NCBI GenBank assembly: GCA_963829525.1
Contig: CAWHIJ010000003.1
Span: 1,600,001 to 1,664,000, forward strand
Direction: 5' to 3'
Length of the DNA: 64,000 bases
Origin: an uncultured Actinomycetota bacterium
Lineage (GTDB): Bacteria > Actinomycetota > Actinomycetes > JAHEKZ01
Shown here piece by piece: positions 9,416 through 22,463 of this stretch (positions are counted from its first letter, which is position 1; every line of letters begins with the position of its first letter). Both the position numbers and the translations under genes were made by a program. A model generated the notes under the pieces. It made no database searches, was not told where the DNA came from, and was given only the letters and a program-made list of their open reading frames with translations.

Positions 9416-12400
9416 ATGGCCGACTCGTTCGTGCACCTGCACGTGCACACCGAGTACTCCATGCTCGACGGTGCCGCCCGCGTCGGTGAGCTGCTCGACG
9501 CCGCAGTCGATCAGCAGATGCCCGCCATTGCGATCACCGATCACGGAAATCTCTTCGGCGCCCACGACTTCTACCGTCAGGCGCGCGACCGCGGAATCAG
9601 ACCGATCGTCGGGATCGAGGCCTACCTGACCCCTGGCACCGATCGCCGCGACCGCACCAGGGTCCGGTGGGGCGGCGGTGGCCAAGACGACGTCTCCGGC
9701 GCCGGTGCCTACACGCACATGACCATGCTGGCCCAATCGACAGCCGGTATGCACAACCTGTTCCGACTCTCCAGTCTGGCGAGCATCGAGGGCTTCTACT
9801 TCAAGCCGCGGATGGACCGAGAGCTGCTACAGACCTACTCCGACGGCATCATTGCCACGACCGGATGTCCATCCGGTGAGGTGCAGACGTTGCTTCGTCT
9901 CGGCAAGTACGACGCCGCAGTCCAGGCCGCGTCGGACTACCGGGACATCTTCGGGGCGGACAACTACTTCTGCGAGCTGATGGACCACGGCCTCGACATC
10001 GAACGGCGTCCACGGGACGACTTGCTTCGCCTGGCCAAGCAGCTGAACCTGCCGCTCGTCGCCACCAACGACCTGCACTACACCCATGCTGCTGACGCAG
10101 AGTCGCACGCGGCGTTGCTGTGCGTGCAGTCCGGCTCGACCCTGGCCGACCCCACCCGCTTCAAGTTCGACGCCGACGAGTTCTACCTCAAGACGGCAGA
10201 GGAGATGCGCGAGGTCTGGCGTGACTATCCCGAGGCATGTGACAACACCTTGCTCATCGCCGAGCGCTGCCAGGTTGCCTTCAACGAGGACGCCAACCTC
10301 ATGCCGCGCTACGACGTCCCCGACGGCGAGACTGAGGCGTCCTGGTTCGTCAAAGAGGTAGAGCGCGGTCTGCATCTTCGCTACCCGACGGGGATCTCCG
10401 ACGAGGTGCGCAAGCAGGCCGAGTACGAGGTCGGCGTCATCTGCCAGATGGGCTTTCCCGGCTACTTCCTGGTCGTCGCCGACTTCATCGGATGGGCCAA
10501 GCGACAAGGCATCCGGGTCGGCCCCGGCCGCGGGTCGGCTGCTGGCGCGATCGTGGCCTACGCGCTGGGGATCACCGACCTCGATCCTCTGCAGCATGGA
10601 CTGCTGTTCGAGCGCTTCCTCAACCCCGAACGGGTCTCGATGCCCGACATCGACATCGACTTCGACGAGCGCCGTCGCGGTGACGTCATTCGCTACGTCA
10701 CCGAACGGTACGGCGACGACCGCGTCGCGCAGATCGTGACCTACGGCACCATCAAGGCCAAACAAGCGATCAAGGACTCCTCGCGAGTTCTTGGCTATCC
10801 CTATGCACTGGGGGACCGCATCACCAAGGTGTTACCGCCATCGGTTATGGGGAAGGACATCTCCCTCAAGGGAGTCTTCGACGCGAAGGACAAGCGTTAC
10901 AACGAAGCCGGCGAGTTCCGCTCCCTCTACGAGTCCGACGCTGACGTCAAGCGGGTGGTCGACACCGCTCGTGGCCTCGAGAACCTCAAGCGTCAGTGGG
11001 GCGTGCACGCCGCCGGTGTGATCATGTCCAGCGAGCGGCTGATCGACCACATTCCCATCATGAAGCGCGAGCAGGACGGCGCGATCATCACGCAGTTCGA
11101 CTACCCGACCTGCGAACGGCTCGGGCTGCTGAAGATGGACTTCCTGGGTCTTCGCAACCTCACGGTTCTGGAGGACGCGCTCGCCAACATCGAGGCGAAC
11201 CGAGGCGAGACCGTGGTACTCGAGACGCTCACCCTGGACGACAAGCCCACCTATGAGCTCTTGGCCACCGGTGACACGCTGGGTGTCTTCCAGCTCGACG
11301 GCGGGCCGATGCGGGCACTCCTGCGCTCAATGGTGCCGGACAGCTTCGAGGACATCTCGGCAGTCCTGGCGCTCTACCGCCCGGGGCCGATGGGGGCCAA
11401 CGCGCACAACGACTACGCCGACCGCAAGAACGACCGCAAGCCGGTGACGCCGATCCATCCAGAGCTTGAAGAGCCACTCGCCGATATCTTGGGTGACACC
11501 TACGGTGTCATCGTCTACCAGGAACAGGTCATGGCGATCGCTCAGCAGCTCGCTGGTTACACCCTGGGCCAGGCAGACCTGCTGCGACGGGCAATGGGCA
11601 AGAAGAAGAAGGAAGTTCTCGACAAGGAGTTTGTGCCGTTCTCTGACGGCATGCGCGCACGCGGGTATTCCGACAAGGCGATCTCCACGCTGTGGGAGAT
11701 CCTCGTTCCTTTCGCCGACTACGCCTTCAACAAGGCGCACACCGCCGGGTACGGGCTCGTCTCCTACTGGACGGCCTATCTCAAGGCGAACTTCCCAGCC
11801 GAGTACATGGCCGCGCTGCTCACGTCGGTCCGCGACGACAAGGACAAGTCAGCCCTCTACCTGCACGAGTGCAGGCGCATGGGCATCAAGGTGCTTCCCC
11901 CAGATGTCAATGACTCGGATGCGAACTACACCCCCCGTGGAACCGATATCCGCTTCGGACTCGCTGCGATTCGCAATGTCGGGCTCAACGTCGTTGGCTC
12001 AATCGTCGAAGCCCGACGCGCCAAGGGCAGGTTCGCCGACTTCGCTGACTTCCTCGCCAAGGTCGACCAGGTGGTCTGCAATAAACGGGTTATCGAGTCA
12101 CTGGTCAAGGCTGGCGCCTTCGACTCACTTGGGCACACCAGACGTGGGCTCATCGCGGTACATGTCGAAGCAGTCGACATGGTGCTGGAGACCAAGCGTG
12201 CCGAGGCGATCGGCCAGTTCGACCTTTTCGGGTCGTCCGAGGACAGCGACACAGCTGGCTTCACCTCCGAGCTGACGATTCCGGTCGGTGAGTGGGAGAA
12301 GTCAACGTTGCTGACGCACGAGCGCGACATGCTGGGCCTGTATGTGTCAGACCATCCGCTCTTCGGAGTCGAGCACGTGCTGGCAGCCAACTCCGACTGC

Positions 12401-12931
12401 TCGGTGGCTGAGCTGATGGCAGATGGTGAGCGGCCGGACGGATCGACGATAACTGTCGGCGGTCTGATCACCGGTCTTCAGCGCAAGGTCACCAAACAGG
12501 GAAATGCGTGGGCCATCGCAACACTGGAGGATCTTGAGGGCGCCATCGAGGCGATGTTCTTCCCAGCCACCTACAACCTGGTCGCTCCGCACCTGCACGA
12601 AGACCGCATCGTCTTGGTGCGGGGGCGAATCGACCGCCGCGAAGATGTTCCGAAGCTCATCGCGATGGAACTGACGGTTCCCGATCTCGACGTGGAGGAG
12701 GCGCGGGGCCCGGTCGTCATTACCCTTCCGGTCGCGCGATGTGTGCCGCCTGTTGTCGACCGCCTCAAGGAGGTGCTGAGCGCGCACCCGGGAACGGTCG
12801 AGGTACACCTTCAGCTGCAATCGGGTGGGCGAACCACAGTCATGCGACTTGACGATCGGCTGCGGGTACGACCATCGCCGGCGCTCTTTGGCGATGTGAA
12901 GGCGCTCCTCGGGCAGGCCAGCGTCGCGTGA
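9416..12931 (+). CDS. dnaE: DNA polymerase III alpha subunit
   Basis: [40 protein letters not shown]; no intein. Confidence 0.98.
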   Translation: MADSFVHLHVHTEYSMLDGAARVGELLDAAVDQQMPAIAITDHGNLFGAHDFYRQARDRGIRPIVGIEAYLTPGTDRRDRTRVRWGGGGQDDVSGAGAYTHMTMLAQSTAGMHNLFRLSSLASIEGFYFKPRMDRELLQTYSDGIIATTGCPSGEVQTLLRLGKYDAAVQAASDYRDIFGADNYFCELMDHGLDIERRPRDDLLRLAKQLNLPLVATNDLHYTHAADAESHAALLCVQSGSTLADPTRFKFDADEFYLKTAEEMREVWRDYPEACDNTLLIAERCQVAFNEDANLMPRYDVPDGETEASWFVKEVERGLHLRYPTGISDEVRKQAEYEVGVICQMGFPGYFLVVADFIGWAKRQGIRVGPGRGSAAGAIVAYALGITDLDPLQHGLLFERFLNPERVSMPDIDIDFDERRRGDVIRYVTERYGDDRVAQIVTYGTIKAKQAIKDSSRVLGYPYALGDRITKVLPPSVMGKDISLKGVFDAKDKRYNEAGEFRSLYESDADVKRVVDTARGLENLKRQWGVHAAGVIMSSERLIDHIPIMKREQDGAIITQFDYPTCERLGLLKMDFLGLRNLTVLEDALANIEANRGETVVLETLTLDDKPTYELLATGDTLGVFQLDGGPMRALLRSMVPDSFEDISAVLALYRPGPMGANAHNDYADRKNDRKPVTPIHPELEEPLADILGDTYGVIVYQEQVMAIAQQLAGYTLGQADLLRRAMGKKKKEVLDKEFVPFSDGMRARGYSDKAISTLWEILVPFADYAFNKAHTAGYGLVSYWTAYLKANFPAEYMAALLTSVRDDKDKSALYLHECRRMGIKVLPPDVNDSDANYTPRGTDIRFGLAAIRNVGLNVVGSIVEARRAKGRFADFADFLAKVDQVVCNKRVIESLVKAGAFDSLGHTRRGLIAVHVEAVDMVLETKRAEAIGQFDLFGSSEDSDTAGFTSELTIPVGEWEKSTLLTHERDMLGLYVSDHPLFGVEHVLAANSDCSVAELMADGERPDGSTITVGGLITGLQRKVTKQGNAWAIATLEDLEGAIEAMFFPATYNLVAPHLHEDRIVLVRGRIDRREDVPKLIAMELTVPDLDVEEARGPVVITLPVARCVPPVVDRLKEVLSAHPGTVEVHLQLQSGGRTTVMRLDDRLRVRPSPALFGDVKALLGQASVA

Positions 12932-13004
12932 CCGCAGGACACACTGCCCAACCACTGCCCGGTCGGCGGTCTTGACCGCGGCAAACGGGCGCTAGCCTGG
13001 TGCG

Positions 13005-14562
13005 ATGAGTGCCACCGGGGGGGTCGAGCAGACCGAGCACACGGGGGTGCGAAATCCGCATAGTCGCCGGCGGGTGTTGGTTGCGGCAGCGGTGGCTCTA
13101 GCTCTGGTTCTGTCAGCTGGAGCCGGTTTTGCCGTCGGAACCGTCGTCGGTGGCGGCGGGACCCAGCCCGAGGACGTCCTGCCGGACACAGTGTTGGCCT
13201 ACGTCGACGTCGATCTCGACCCCGCTGCGCAGCAGAAGATCAACCTGGTGCGTCTGCTCGGTCAGTTTCCGGATGTCGAGCAGGAGTACGGCCGTGAGCC
13301 AGACATCCGTACCGTCGTCGTCGACTGGCTCGTCGATGGCACCGAGCTTCAGGACGCCAACGCATCGGAATGGATCGGTGACCGGGTCGGTGCCGGCCTC
13401 AGCTGGGATGCCGATGCCAAGACGCTGACGCCCGTTGCTGCGATCCAGGTGACCGACGAGGAAGAGGCGGTGGCCGATCTCGGACGGGTGCTCGCGCCGG
13501 ATCAGATCGCCCTGAGCGATGGCTATGTGGTGGTGACGGGGGATCTGCTGAACGAGTTCTCCGCCCTTGATGAGCTTGATGGTCTTGTCGGCACTGGCGG
13601 GCCACCAACGCAGAGTGCCGCTGAGGTTGTCGCTTCCGGCCGGTCAGCGCCGCTGTCGCAGTCGGTGGCTTTCACAGATGTCTTCGGGCATCTCGATGAC
13701 GGGCTGTTGTCGATGTATGTCGACGGCAAGGGAGTCGCCGCAGCTGGACAGCAGATCGCTGGGGGTCTGGGGCTCGGAGCTCCTGCCGTCAGCGACTCCT
13801 TGGCCAGCGCAGCAGAGTCGGGACAGGTTGGGGCCGTCCTGCGGGCAGAGCCAAACGCCCTTGAGCTGCTGGCCTGGAGCAGTGCCGCTCCGCCAAGCGG
13901 TTCGGCGCCGGCCGAACTGACGCCCACCTTGCCAGAGAGCACGCTGTTCGCCCTGGAGTTCACCGGTGGCGCCGAGCAGGTCGCTGACCGCTGGGCCCAG
14001 ACGCTGGGGGGCGGGCTCACAGCCCAAGGAAGTCGAGCGGCAGCTGGCCAGCTTGGAGGCGCAGTACGGAGTTCGGCTTCCCGATGATCTGCAGACACTG
14101 GTTGGCGAGGACGCGGTGCTCGCCGTCGATGGTGAGGGTCTGTTGACGTCTGTGCCGGGAATCGGTTTGAGATCGGTCACTGATCCTGCCGCCGGCACCG
14201 CCCTGGCCTCCCAGATCGAGAGCGCCCTGGCCTCGCTGACCGGTGGGTTCGGGATCACCGCCCGAGGAACCGCTGACGGCATGGTGGTGGCCACCACGGA
14301 CGAGTACGCGGCCCGGCTTGAGGCCGGGGACGGAACTCTGGGCACGGACTCGACCTACCAGGAGGCGCTGCCCGACGCCGCCGACGCCTCCTACCTTGTC
14401 TGGATCGACTTCTCTGCGGTAAGGGGGTTCGTCGCGCTGGCGGCGCCTGATGCCGGCGGCATCCTGGGGCCCCTCGACGCATTCGGTGCGACGGTGAGCC
14501 CCGACGGCGGCGGGTCACTGGTCCGTGCGCGCCTGGTCTTCAGCGAGGAAAGCGACTCGTGA
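13005..14562 (+). CDS. DUF3352-like membrane-anchored exported protein; frameshift near the G-run at about 14010
   Basis: N-terminal TM, QPEDVLP..YVDVDLDPAA.QK; continues in ORF 13966..14562. Confidence 0.65.
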
Positions 14563-15140
14563 CGAGTCCCAGCCGCGGGGGTGTCCTTGTGGTTGCCGAG
14601 ACCGCCTTCGCCGGCGTGGCCCTTGGCGCCCTGATGGGGGTGATCTGGTGGTGGGTCGCCCCGACCGAGGAGTGGCGAGTCGTCGACGGTGGCCGGCTGG
14701 TGCCGTCCGAAATCGGATTCAACGCCTGGTTCGCAGCAGATGGTTGGTTCGCGGTGCTTGGCGCAGTCGCCGGAGTTCTTCTGACGCTGATCTCCTGGCG
14801 CAGGGGTCGCCGGAACCCTGTTGCCCTGGCCATTGGCGTGATCGTCGGCGGAGCGCTCCTGGCTCTCACTGCCTGGTCGCTGGGTGGCATTTTGGGTCCC
14901 CCTGACCCGAAGACCGTCGCGGACGCCGCGGAACAGGGAACGACGGTCGAAGGGGCACTCGGTCTACGGGCCCTTGGGGTGTTGTGCGCACCGCTCCTCG
15001 CCGCCCTGACCACCCTGGCGCTGTCTGGTGGCCAGCGCCCATGTGGACAAGCCTCCGACCGAGCCCACGTCACCGTCGGATCGAGACCGGGGTACCTCAG
15101 CCGTCCTGGTAGCCCGTCTCTTCCTAGACTGAGGCCATGA
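14559..15140 (+). CDS. Conserved membrane protein upstream of hisD (DUF2567-like)
   Basis: Four hydrophobic segments, F.ADGWF motif; 3' end uncertain. Confidence 0.6.
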   Translation: MTSPSRGGVLVVAETAFAGVALGALMGVIWWWVAPTEEWRVVDGGRLVPSEIGFNAWFAADGWFAVLGAVAGVLLTLISWRRGRRNPVALAIGVIVGGALLALTAWSLGGILGPPDPKTVADAAEQGTTVEGALGLRALGVLCAPLLAALTTLALSGGQRPCGQASDRAHVTVGSRPGYLSRPGSPSLPRLRP

Positions 15141-16443
15141 TCTCCCGTATCGACCTCAGCGGGCCGGCACGCGCGTCGGTCGATCCACGAGATGTACTAC
15201 CGCGTGCGGTCCTGAGCGTCGAGGTTGCCGTCGAGCAGGTGCGGCCGATCTGCGAGGACGTCCGACAGCGAGGCGCGGTCGCCGTGCGCGAGCTCACGGA
15301 GCGCTTCGACGGTGTTGACCTCGAATCGGCCAGGGTCCCGGCACAGGCAGTCCGGAGGGCCGTCGACGAGCTCGATCCTGCCTTACGTGCTGCGCTCGAG
15401 GAAGCCATCCGCCGCGCGAGAGCGGTGCACGAGGCTCAGGTTCGTCGAGACGTCACCGTTGAGGTGGTGCCGGGTGGCCGGGTCACCGAGAAATGGCTGC
15501 CCGTGTCGCGCGTTGGCCTTTACGTGCCGGGTGGGCTGGTCGCGTATCCGAGCAGCGTGGTGATGAACGTCGTCCCGGCACAGGTGGCTGGCGTCCCGTC
15601 GATCGCTGTCGCCTCGCCACCCCGGCGTGAGCACGGCGGCTTACCGCACTCGGCTGTCCTGGCGGCCTGCGGCCTGCTCGGCATCGAGGAGGTCTATGCC
15701 GCTCGGTGGGGCGCAGGCCGTGGCGATGTTCGCGTACGGCACGCGAGACTGCGCGCGGGTGGACCTCGTGACCGGTCCAGGCAACGTCTACGTTGCTGCC
15801 GCCAAGCGCCTCCTCAAGGGCGTCATCGGGATCGACTCCGAAGCGGGCCCGACCGAGATCGGCATCCTTGCCGACGCTGGTGCCGACCCGAGTTACCTGG
15901 CGGCCGACCTGATTGCGCAGGCTGAGCACGACGAGAACGCATCCTGCCTGCTGGTGACCGACGCATCCGCACTGCTCGACGCCGTCGACATCGAGGTCGA
16001 GGTCCAGCTCACGACGACGCCGCACCGCGAGCGGGTCGAGAAGGCGCTCTCCAATCAGAGCGCCTTCGTCCTCGTCGACGACCTCGACCAGGGTTTGCAG
16101 GTCGTCGACGAGTGGGCTGCTGAACACCTCGAGGTCATCACAGCTGATGCGGGCGTACGCGCCGGCCGCGTCCGAAACGCCGGTGCGATCTTCGTCGGCC
16201 CGTACTCGCCGGTGTCGCTCGGCGACTACCTCGCGGGCTCCAACCACGTGCTTGCCGACAGGTGGCACTGCTCGGCACAGCAGCGGCCTCTCTGTCCAGT
16301 CCTTCCTGCGCGGCATCCACATCGTCGACTACGACCGCGAGGCGTTAGCTGCTTCGGCTCCGCACATCGACGCCCTGGGTGGCGCCGAAGACCTCGGGGC
16401 ACACGTTGCTGCCGTCCGAGTGCGCGTGCCCCGGGGCTCGTGA
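15137..16443 (+). CDS. hisD: Histidinol dehydrogenase (frameshifts near 15705 and 16255)
   Basis: [49 protein letters not shown] split over three frames. Confidence 0.95.
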
Positions 16444-17538
16444 TGGCACTCGACGACCTGCCGTTGCGCGACGACCTGCGCGGGCAGAGTCCCTACGGCG
16501 CACCCCAGCTCGATGTCTCGGTACGGCTGAACACGAACGAGAACCCGTACGCGCCCAGCAGCACGGTCACGTCATCGATCGTCGCCCGCGTGAGTGCGGC
16601 AGCAGCCGGTCTCAACCGATATCCGGACCGCGACTCGCGTCGAGCTTCGCCAGGCGCTCGCGCGCTACGTCAAGGACCGCACCGGCGGCAGGTGACAGCC
16701 GGTCAGGTGTGGCCGGCCAATGGCAGCAACGAGGTGCTGCAACAGATCCTTCAGGCTTTTGGCGGCCCGGGTCGGAGAGCCATAGGTTTCGAACCGTCGT
16801 ACTCGATGCATCGACTGATCTGCCGTGGCACCGGCACCGAGTACCTGCCACTGGATCGAGGCGACCGCTTCGCCATGACGGGCCGAAGACGTGCGCGCCG
16901 CGGTCGACGAACACGATCCCGACATCGTCTTCCTCTGCACCCCCAACAACCCGACGGGTACGGCCCTGCCGCTCGACGTGGTTGAGGCGGCCTATGACGC
17001 AACGCCCGGCGTCGTCGTTGTCGACGAGGCTTACGCGGAGTTCAGCCAGAGCCCAAGCGCGGTGAGCTGCTACCTGGGCGGGAGCGACTGATCGTTGTTC
17101 GGACGCTGAGCAAGGCGCTCGAGCTCGCTGGGGCGCGAATCGGCTACGCCGTGGCGAACGAGGCCGTTGTCGATGCGCTTGCAGCTTGTCCGGTTGCCGT
17201 ACCACCTCTCATCGATCACCCAGGCCGTCGGGATGGCGGCCCTCGAGCACGCCGACGAGCTGCTCGCGGTGGGTTGAAGTTCTCAAGGTCCAGCGCGATC
17301 GCATCGCGGCGATGCTCTCAGGAGCTCGGGTACGAGGTCTATCCCTCCGAAGCCAACTTCGTGTTCTTCGGTGGGCCTCGCCGACCAGACCGTCCTCTGG
17401 CACTCACTCCTCGACGCCTCCGTCTTGATCCGAGACGTCGGTATCCCCGGTCATCTGCGCGTCACGGCAGGAACACCGCACGAGACCGATGCGTTCATCG
17501 AAGCGATCCGGGCCATCACTAAGGAGACCGCCGCATGA
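16443..17538 (+). CDS. hisC: Histidinol-phosphate aminotransferase (multiple frameshifts)
   Basis: [40 protein letters not shown] fragments. Confidence 0.93.
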
Positions 17539-18171
17539 CAGCCGCAGAAGGCAGCGCAGCCTCAGGGGGACAGGACCTCCAGGCGTGCTCGCGTCGAACG
17601 GAATACGAAGGAGTCGTCGGTCCTCGTCGTGCTCGACGTCGATGGCTCTGGGGTGGTGGAGGTCGACACCGGAGTCCCCTTCTTCGACCACATGCTGGCG
17701 CAGCTCGGAAAGCACGGGCTCTTGGACCTCGACCGTCCGCACCAAGGGCGACGTCGAGGTCGACGCACACCACACCGTCGAGGACACCTCGCTGGCTGTC
17801 GGCCAGGCGCTCCGCGAGGCGCTGGGGGACAAGGCTGGTGTCCGCCGGTTCGGCCACGCGGTGGTGCCGCTCGACGAGACGCGGGTGCTGGCGTCGGTCG
17901 ACCTCTCGGGGCGTCCGTACCTGGTGCACTCCGAGCCAGAGCTGGTCGAGCTGATCGGCAGCTACGACACCACGCTTGACCCGACACATCTGGGAGTCGA
18001 TCGTCGCCGAGGCACGGATCACTCTGCACGTCGAGGTGCAGACCGGCCGCAATGCCCACCACGTTGTCGAGGCCCAGTTCAAGGCCGTGGCCAGAGCGCT
18101 GCAGAGATGCGGTGGCACTCGACCCGCGCGTCACCGGGGTGCCGTCCACCAAGGGAACGTTGGGTCGATGA
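17535..18171 (+). CDS. hisB: Imidazoleglycerol-phosphate dehydratase (frameshifted)
   Basis: [36 protein letters not shown]. Confidence 0.94.
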
Positions 18172-18323
18172 GCTCGGTGCTGCCAGTCCTGCTTCTGGCG
18201 CTGGCCGGGTTCTGCTTCGGTGGCGCGTACGCGCTCTACTCGCAGCGGAAGCCGCTGTGGGCGGTGGGCCTGGTGGCCGCACTGGGTGCGCTGTCCTTGG
18301 TCGGCGGGTGGCTCTACCTGTGA
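18168..18323 (+). CDS. Small membrane protein between hisB and hisH
   Basis: 51 aa, two TM segments, LAGFCFGGAY; ATGA overlap with hisB. Confidence 0.75.
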   Translation: MSSVLPVLLLALAGFCFGGAYALYSQRKPLWAVGLVAALGALSLVGGWLYL

Positions 18324-18341
18324 GTGCACCGTGAGACGATC

Positions 18342-18984
18342 ATGAGTCAGGTAAAGCCCTCGGTCGTCGTACTGGACTATGGATCGGGGAACGTCCGTTC
18401 AGCGGTTCGAGCCCTGGAGCGTGCCGGCGCAGACGTGACGCTCAGCTCCGAGCGGTCGGCGAGCAACCGCGGCCGATGGCCTAGTCGTCCCGGGGGTCGG
18501 GGCGTTTTCGGCGTGCATGCAGGCGCTGAATGCTTTGCGAGCCGGCGAGATCATCGGTCGACGGTTGGCCGGAGGGAGGCCCGTCCTTGGCATCTGCGTG
18601 GGAATGCAGGTGATGTTCGAGCGTGGGGTCGAGCACGGCGTTGCGACCGATGGCTTCGGAGAGTGGCCGGGCCAGGTGGTCGAACTCCAGGCTCCGGTGT
18701 TGCCTCACATGGGCTGGAACACGGTGGACGTGCCGCGATGATTCGTCGCTCTTCCACGGCGTCGCGGACCAGCGCTTCTACTTCGTCCACTCCTACGGTG
18801 TGCGCTACCTGGGAGCTCGTCGCCCGACCCCAGAATGCCTGCTCCTCTGGTCACCTGGGCCACGCATGGGGAGCCCTTCGTCGCTGCCGTCGAGAACGGG
18901 CCGCTCACCGCCACACAGTTCCACCCGGAGAAGTCCGGCGACGCTGGGCACCTCCTGCTCCAGAACTGGTTGGGCACCCTCTAG
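18342..18984 (+). CDS. hisH: Imidazole glycerol phosphate synthase glutaminase subunit (frameshifted)
   Basis: [44 protein letters not shown]. Confidence 0.95.
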
Positions 18985-18994
18985 CCTGCACGAC

Positions 18995-19312
18995 ATGAGC
19001 AAGGAGAAGGCGCGTCGTCGAGCTGAGGAACGTGCCAAGAAGAGTGCGCCCAAGGCGAAGCCGACCGAAAAGCTGGCAGCGACCCAGGCCAGACCGAAAA
19101 AGAAGGTGGCCACCAGGTCCGCCCGTCAGCAGCGCCAACGTCGTCGCTTGTGGGTCATGGCGGCAATGTGGCTCGTTGCCAACGCGGTCATCTGGATCGT
19201 CAGCGGCGCCGGCAACTGGGAGGCCAAGTGGATCGGCCTGACCATCACCACCATCTTGGTCCCGTTGATCGTCTGGCTGGTGTGGGACCCCGAGGGTCGC
19301 GTCGACCTCTGA
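18995..19312 (+). CDS. Hypothetical membrane protein with basic N-terminus
   Basis: [12 protein letters not shown].., two TM helices; -10 TAGCCT 7 nt before ATG. Confidence 0.7.
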   Translation: MSKEKARRRAEERAKKSAPKAKPTEKLAATQARPKKKVATRSARQQRQRRRLWVMAAMWLVANAVIWIVSGAGNWEAKWIGLTITTILVPLIVWLVWDPEGRVDL

Positions 19313-19349
19313 CTCGGGAGCTGGGCCGGCTCACCGTAGAGTTTCGGTC

Positions 19350-20085
19350 ATGTCTGAACCACGTCTGGAGCTGTTGCCAGCTGTCGATGTCGCTGACGGT
19401 CAGGCGGTCCGGCTCGTGCAGGGAGCAGCCGGGACCGAGACCTCTTACGGCGACCCCTGGTCGGCGGCGCTGGCATGGCAAGAGGCAGGGGCGGAGTGGA
19501 TCCACCTCGTCGATCTCGACGCCGCCTTCGGCAGGGGAAGCAACCGTGAGCTGCTCGTCGAGGTCGTGGGCAAGCTCGATGTCGATGTCGAGCTGAGTGG
19601 TGGCATCCGTGACGATGCTTCGCTGTCGGCGGCGCTGGGCACTGGTTGTCGGCGGGTCAACCTCGGAACAGCTGCCCTGGAGAACCCTGAGTGGTGTGCA
19701 AGGGCGATCGCCCGAGCACGGCGACCGGATCGCGGTAGGACTTGACGTCCGGGGCACCACCCTCGCGGCTCGCGGCTGGACCGAGGAGGGCGGCGACCTC
19801 TGGGAGACGCTCGAGCGTCTCGAGCGGGACGGCTGCGTCCGCTACGTGGTCACAGACGTCACCAAGGACGGCACCCTGCGGGGACCCAACCTCGAACTGC
19901 TTCGCGAGGTGGCCTCTCGGACCGACAAGCCCATCGTTGCGAGCGGGGGAGTGTCCTCGCTCGCCGATCTCGAGGCGATCGCTGCACTCGTTCCGATGGG
20001 TGTCGAGGGAGCAATCGTCGGCAAGGCGCTCTACGCCGGAGCCTTCACCTTGCAGGATGCCTTGGCGACGGTGTCCCGGCGGTGA
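19350..20085 (+). CDS. priA: Bifunctional HisA/TrpF isomerase PriA (frameshift near 19712)
   Basis: [53 protein letters not shown]. Confidence 0.95.
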
Positions 20086-20113
20086 CAACCGTCGGGGACT
20101 CAGATGAGTACCA

Positions 20114-20527
20114 GTGCCTCGGGGCAGTGACGATCCGAATGCGAGGGGCACAGCATTCGTGAGGCATCAGGTTGAGGTACGAATCAGCATGGAGCGCCCA
20201 CTTCACGAAGTCTGGGGCTTGGCCTGCGACGTCAGCTCATGGCCAGCGATGCCAGGTGCCGATCTAGCCATCACGCTAACGCCGGTCGCGACCGAAGACC
20301 GGATTGAGTACGGCATCTCGGCAGGTTTGCCCGTTCGCGACCACCACGGGCAGCTGGCCATGACCTCGACGCCGGACGGTGGAACCGAGCTCGTCTTTGC
20401 CGAGTCGTTCCGACCGCGAATCTGGGGCACCGGAGGGTATCTGCGCGGTCGCCGTGAGCGGGCCCTGATCGACACAGCGCAATCGTGGGGTCGGGCGAGC
20501 CCTGACAGCGCCCAGCGCTCCATCTAG
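20114..20527 (+). CDS. SRPBCC-like (polyketide cyclase fold) protein
   Basis: VW..ACD...WP, Y.I.AGLPVRDH.G, SFRPRIWGTG; start uncertain. Confidence 0.6.
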   Translation: MPRGSDDPNARGTAFVRHQVEVRISMERPLHEVWGLACDVSSWPAMPGADLAITLTPVATEDRIEYGISAGLPVRDHHGQLAMTSTPDGGTELVFAESFRPRIWGTGGYLRGRRERALIDTAQSWGRASPDSAQRSI

Positions 20528-20536
20528 GCTGCCGGC

Positions 20537-21307
20537 GTGACAGTGGCTGTGCGGGTGATCCCGTGCCTTGACGTCGATGCCGGTCGAGTCGTCAAGGGCG
20601 TCAACTTCGAGAACCTGCGAGATGCCGGGGATCCGGTGGAGCTGGCCCGTCGGTACGACCCGAAGGAGCCGACGAGCTGACCTTCCTCGACATCACTGCG
20701 TCAAGCGGTGACCGTGCCACCACCTATGACGTCGTCAACCGCACCGCTGATGAGGTGTTCATCCCGCTCACCGTCGGCGGTGGCGTTCGGTCGGTCGGCG
20801 ACGTTGACCGCCTCTTGCGGGAAGGAGCCGACAAGGTGGGGGTGAACACCGCAGCGATCGCTCGGCCCGAGCTGATTGCTGAGATCGCAGCGCGGTTCGG
20901 TCGCCAGGTATCTGGTTCTGAGTGTCGATGCCCGTCGCGCCAAGGGACGTGAGGACCGCGTCTGGGTTCGAGGTGACGACGCACGGCGGCCGTCAGGGGA
21001 CGGGCATCGACGCCATCGAGTGGGTCGAGCGCGCGCAGCAGCTAGGTGCTGGTGAGATCTTGCTGAACTCGATGGACGCCGACGGGACGCGGGAGGGTTT
21101 CGACGTTCGGATGATCTGCTGCGGTCAGGAGTCGGACTCACCTGCCGCTGGTGGCGAGCGGTGGTGCTGGAACACCCGACCACTTCTGCGATGCGGTCGA
21201 GGCCGGAGCTGACGCGGTGCTTGCGGCAAGCGTCTTTCACTTCGGCAGCTTCACGATCGCGGACGTCAAGGACACGCTTCCGCGCGGCAGGACATTGCGT
21301 CCGTTAA
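20537..21307 (+). CDS. hisF: Imidazole glycerol phosphate synthase cyclase subunit (frameshifted)
   Basis: [49 protein letters not shown]. Confidence 0.95.
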
Positions 21308-21336
21308 GGCCGCTGGTCCTGCGGGGCATTGGACGG

Positions 21337-21370
21337 TGAGCCTCTAGACGCTGAGCCTCTAGACGCTGAG
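21337..21370. repeat. 15-bp tandem duplication TGAGCCTCTAGACGC x2
   Basis: Read directly; spans the inferred stop codon of the convergent TIGR03085 gene. Confidence 0.85.
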
Positions 21371-22025
21371 ATGGTGCTTCCGCCACCGCCCGACCGATTC
21401 GTCGGTGCCGTCCACGTCTACCTCGGCCTGCTCGCGTCGGCCGTGGAGGTAGAGAACCAACTCGGCGGGAGGCCCGGTCAAGCGTGATCGCCGTGTCCTC
21501 GTCGGTGTTTCCCACCGAGATGGCGCCGAAGTCTGGGGCTACGAGCCGGACAGGGACCGGTGACCTTCGGACGTACATGCGTACGCGGCGCGTGAGGTGC
21601 TGCCAAAGGTTGCGTTGGTCCGTCTCGGCCAGCTCGCGGACCGTCCAGCTGGCGCCGGCCCTGCGGACGTCCTCGTGATGGACGAAGTGTTCGAAGGCGT
21701 TGGCCGCAGCGTCGGCGCCGGGCAGCCGCATCGGCGAGATCAGGGGAGGCCCATGCCGGAACCGCTCGACAAGTGCCGCGTATGGCGCTAACGCGGTTCG
21801 TTGTTGCTGCCGTGCTGTCCAGCCGGCCAGTGGCCGAAGAACGATCCCGGCGGCTGCAGGGTGTCCCTCGCGTACGACGAGGTGCGCCACGAGGTCCCGG
21901 GTGTCCCAGCCGGCGCACAGCGTAGGGGCGTCAGGTCCCATCTCGTCGAGGAGGTCGGCCAGGGCGGCCCGTTCCCGGGTTGCGAGGGAGCGGCTGTCAG
22001 GTTGCGAAGGCGGTGTCTGGGACAT
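21359..22025 (-). CDS. TIGR03085 family metal-binding protein (MDMPI-like); frameshift near 21478
   Basis: [41 protein letters not shown]. Confidence 0.88.
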
Positions 22026-22091
22026 ACCTGCAGCCTGACTGCTGCGGGGCGCCAACGCCAGTTGAGTGGGTCGACGGCAGAATGGGATGTC

Positions 22092-22430
22092 ATGTCCAGC
22101 ATCTCCGCCCTTGACCCGGCCATCGCCGCGCGCCTGAAGCGCGACCAGCACGGGCTCTTCCCCGCTGTCGCCCAGCAGTACGACACCGGTGAGGTCTTGA
22201 TGGTCGGCTGGATGGACGACGAGGCATTGCAGCGAACCCTGACCTCAGGACGCGCGACCTACTTCAGCCGCAGCAGGCAGGACTACTGGCGAAAGGGCGA
22301 CACCTCGGGGAATGTCCAGTGGGTCAAGGAAGTCCGGCTTGACTGTGACGGCGACACAGTCCTGGTGCGGGTCGACCAGGTCGGCCCGGCCTGCCACACC
22401 GGTGCGCGCACCTGTTTCGACGACGGGTGA
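22092..22430 (+). CDS. hisI: Phosphoribosyl-AMP cyclohydrolase
   Basis: [35 protein letters not shown]; may extend to 22467 if one G is spurious. Confidence 0.95.
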   Translation: MSSISALDPAIAARLKRDQHGLFPAVAQQYDTGEVLMVGWMDDEALQRTLTSGRATYFSRSRQDYWRKGDTSGNVQWVKEVRLDCDGDTVLVRVDQVGPACHTGARTCFDDG

Positions 22431-22463
22431 GCTCTCCGTTGCGCCACCGCCGGCTGGCGCGCC

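Noticed and set aside
9416-12931. Intein in dnaE
   Set aside because: Normal length, continuous motifs, no splice-junction or LAGLIDADG signatures
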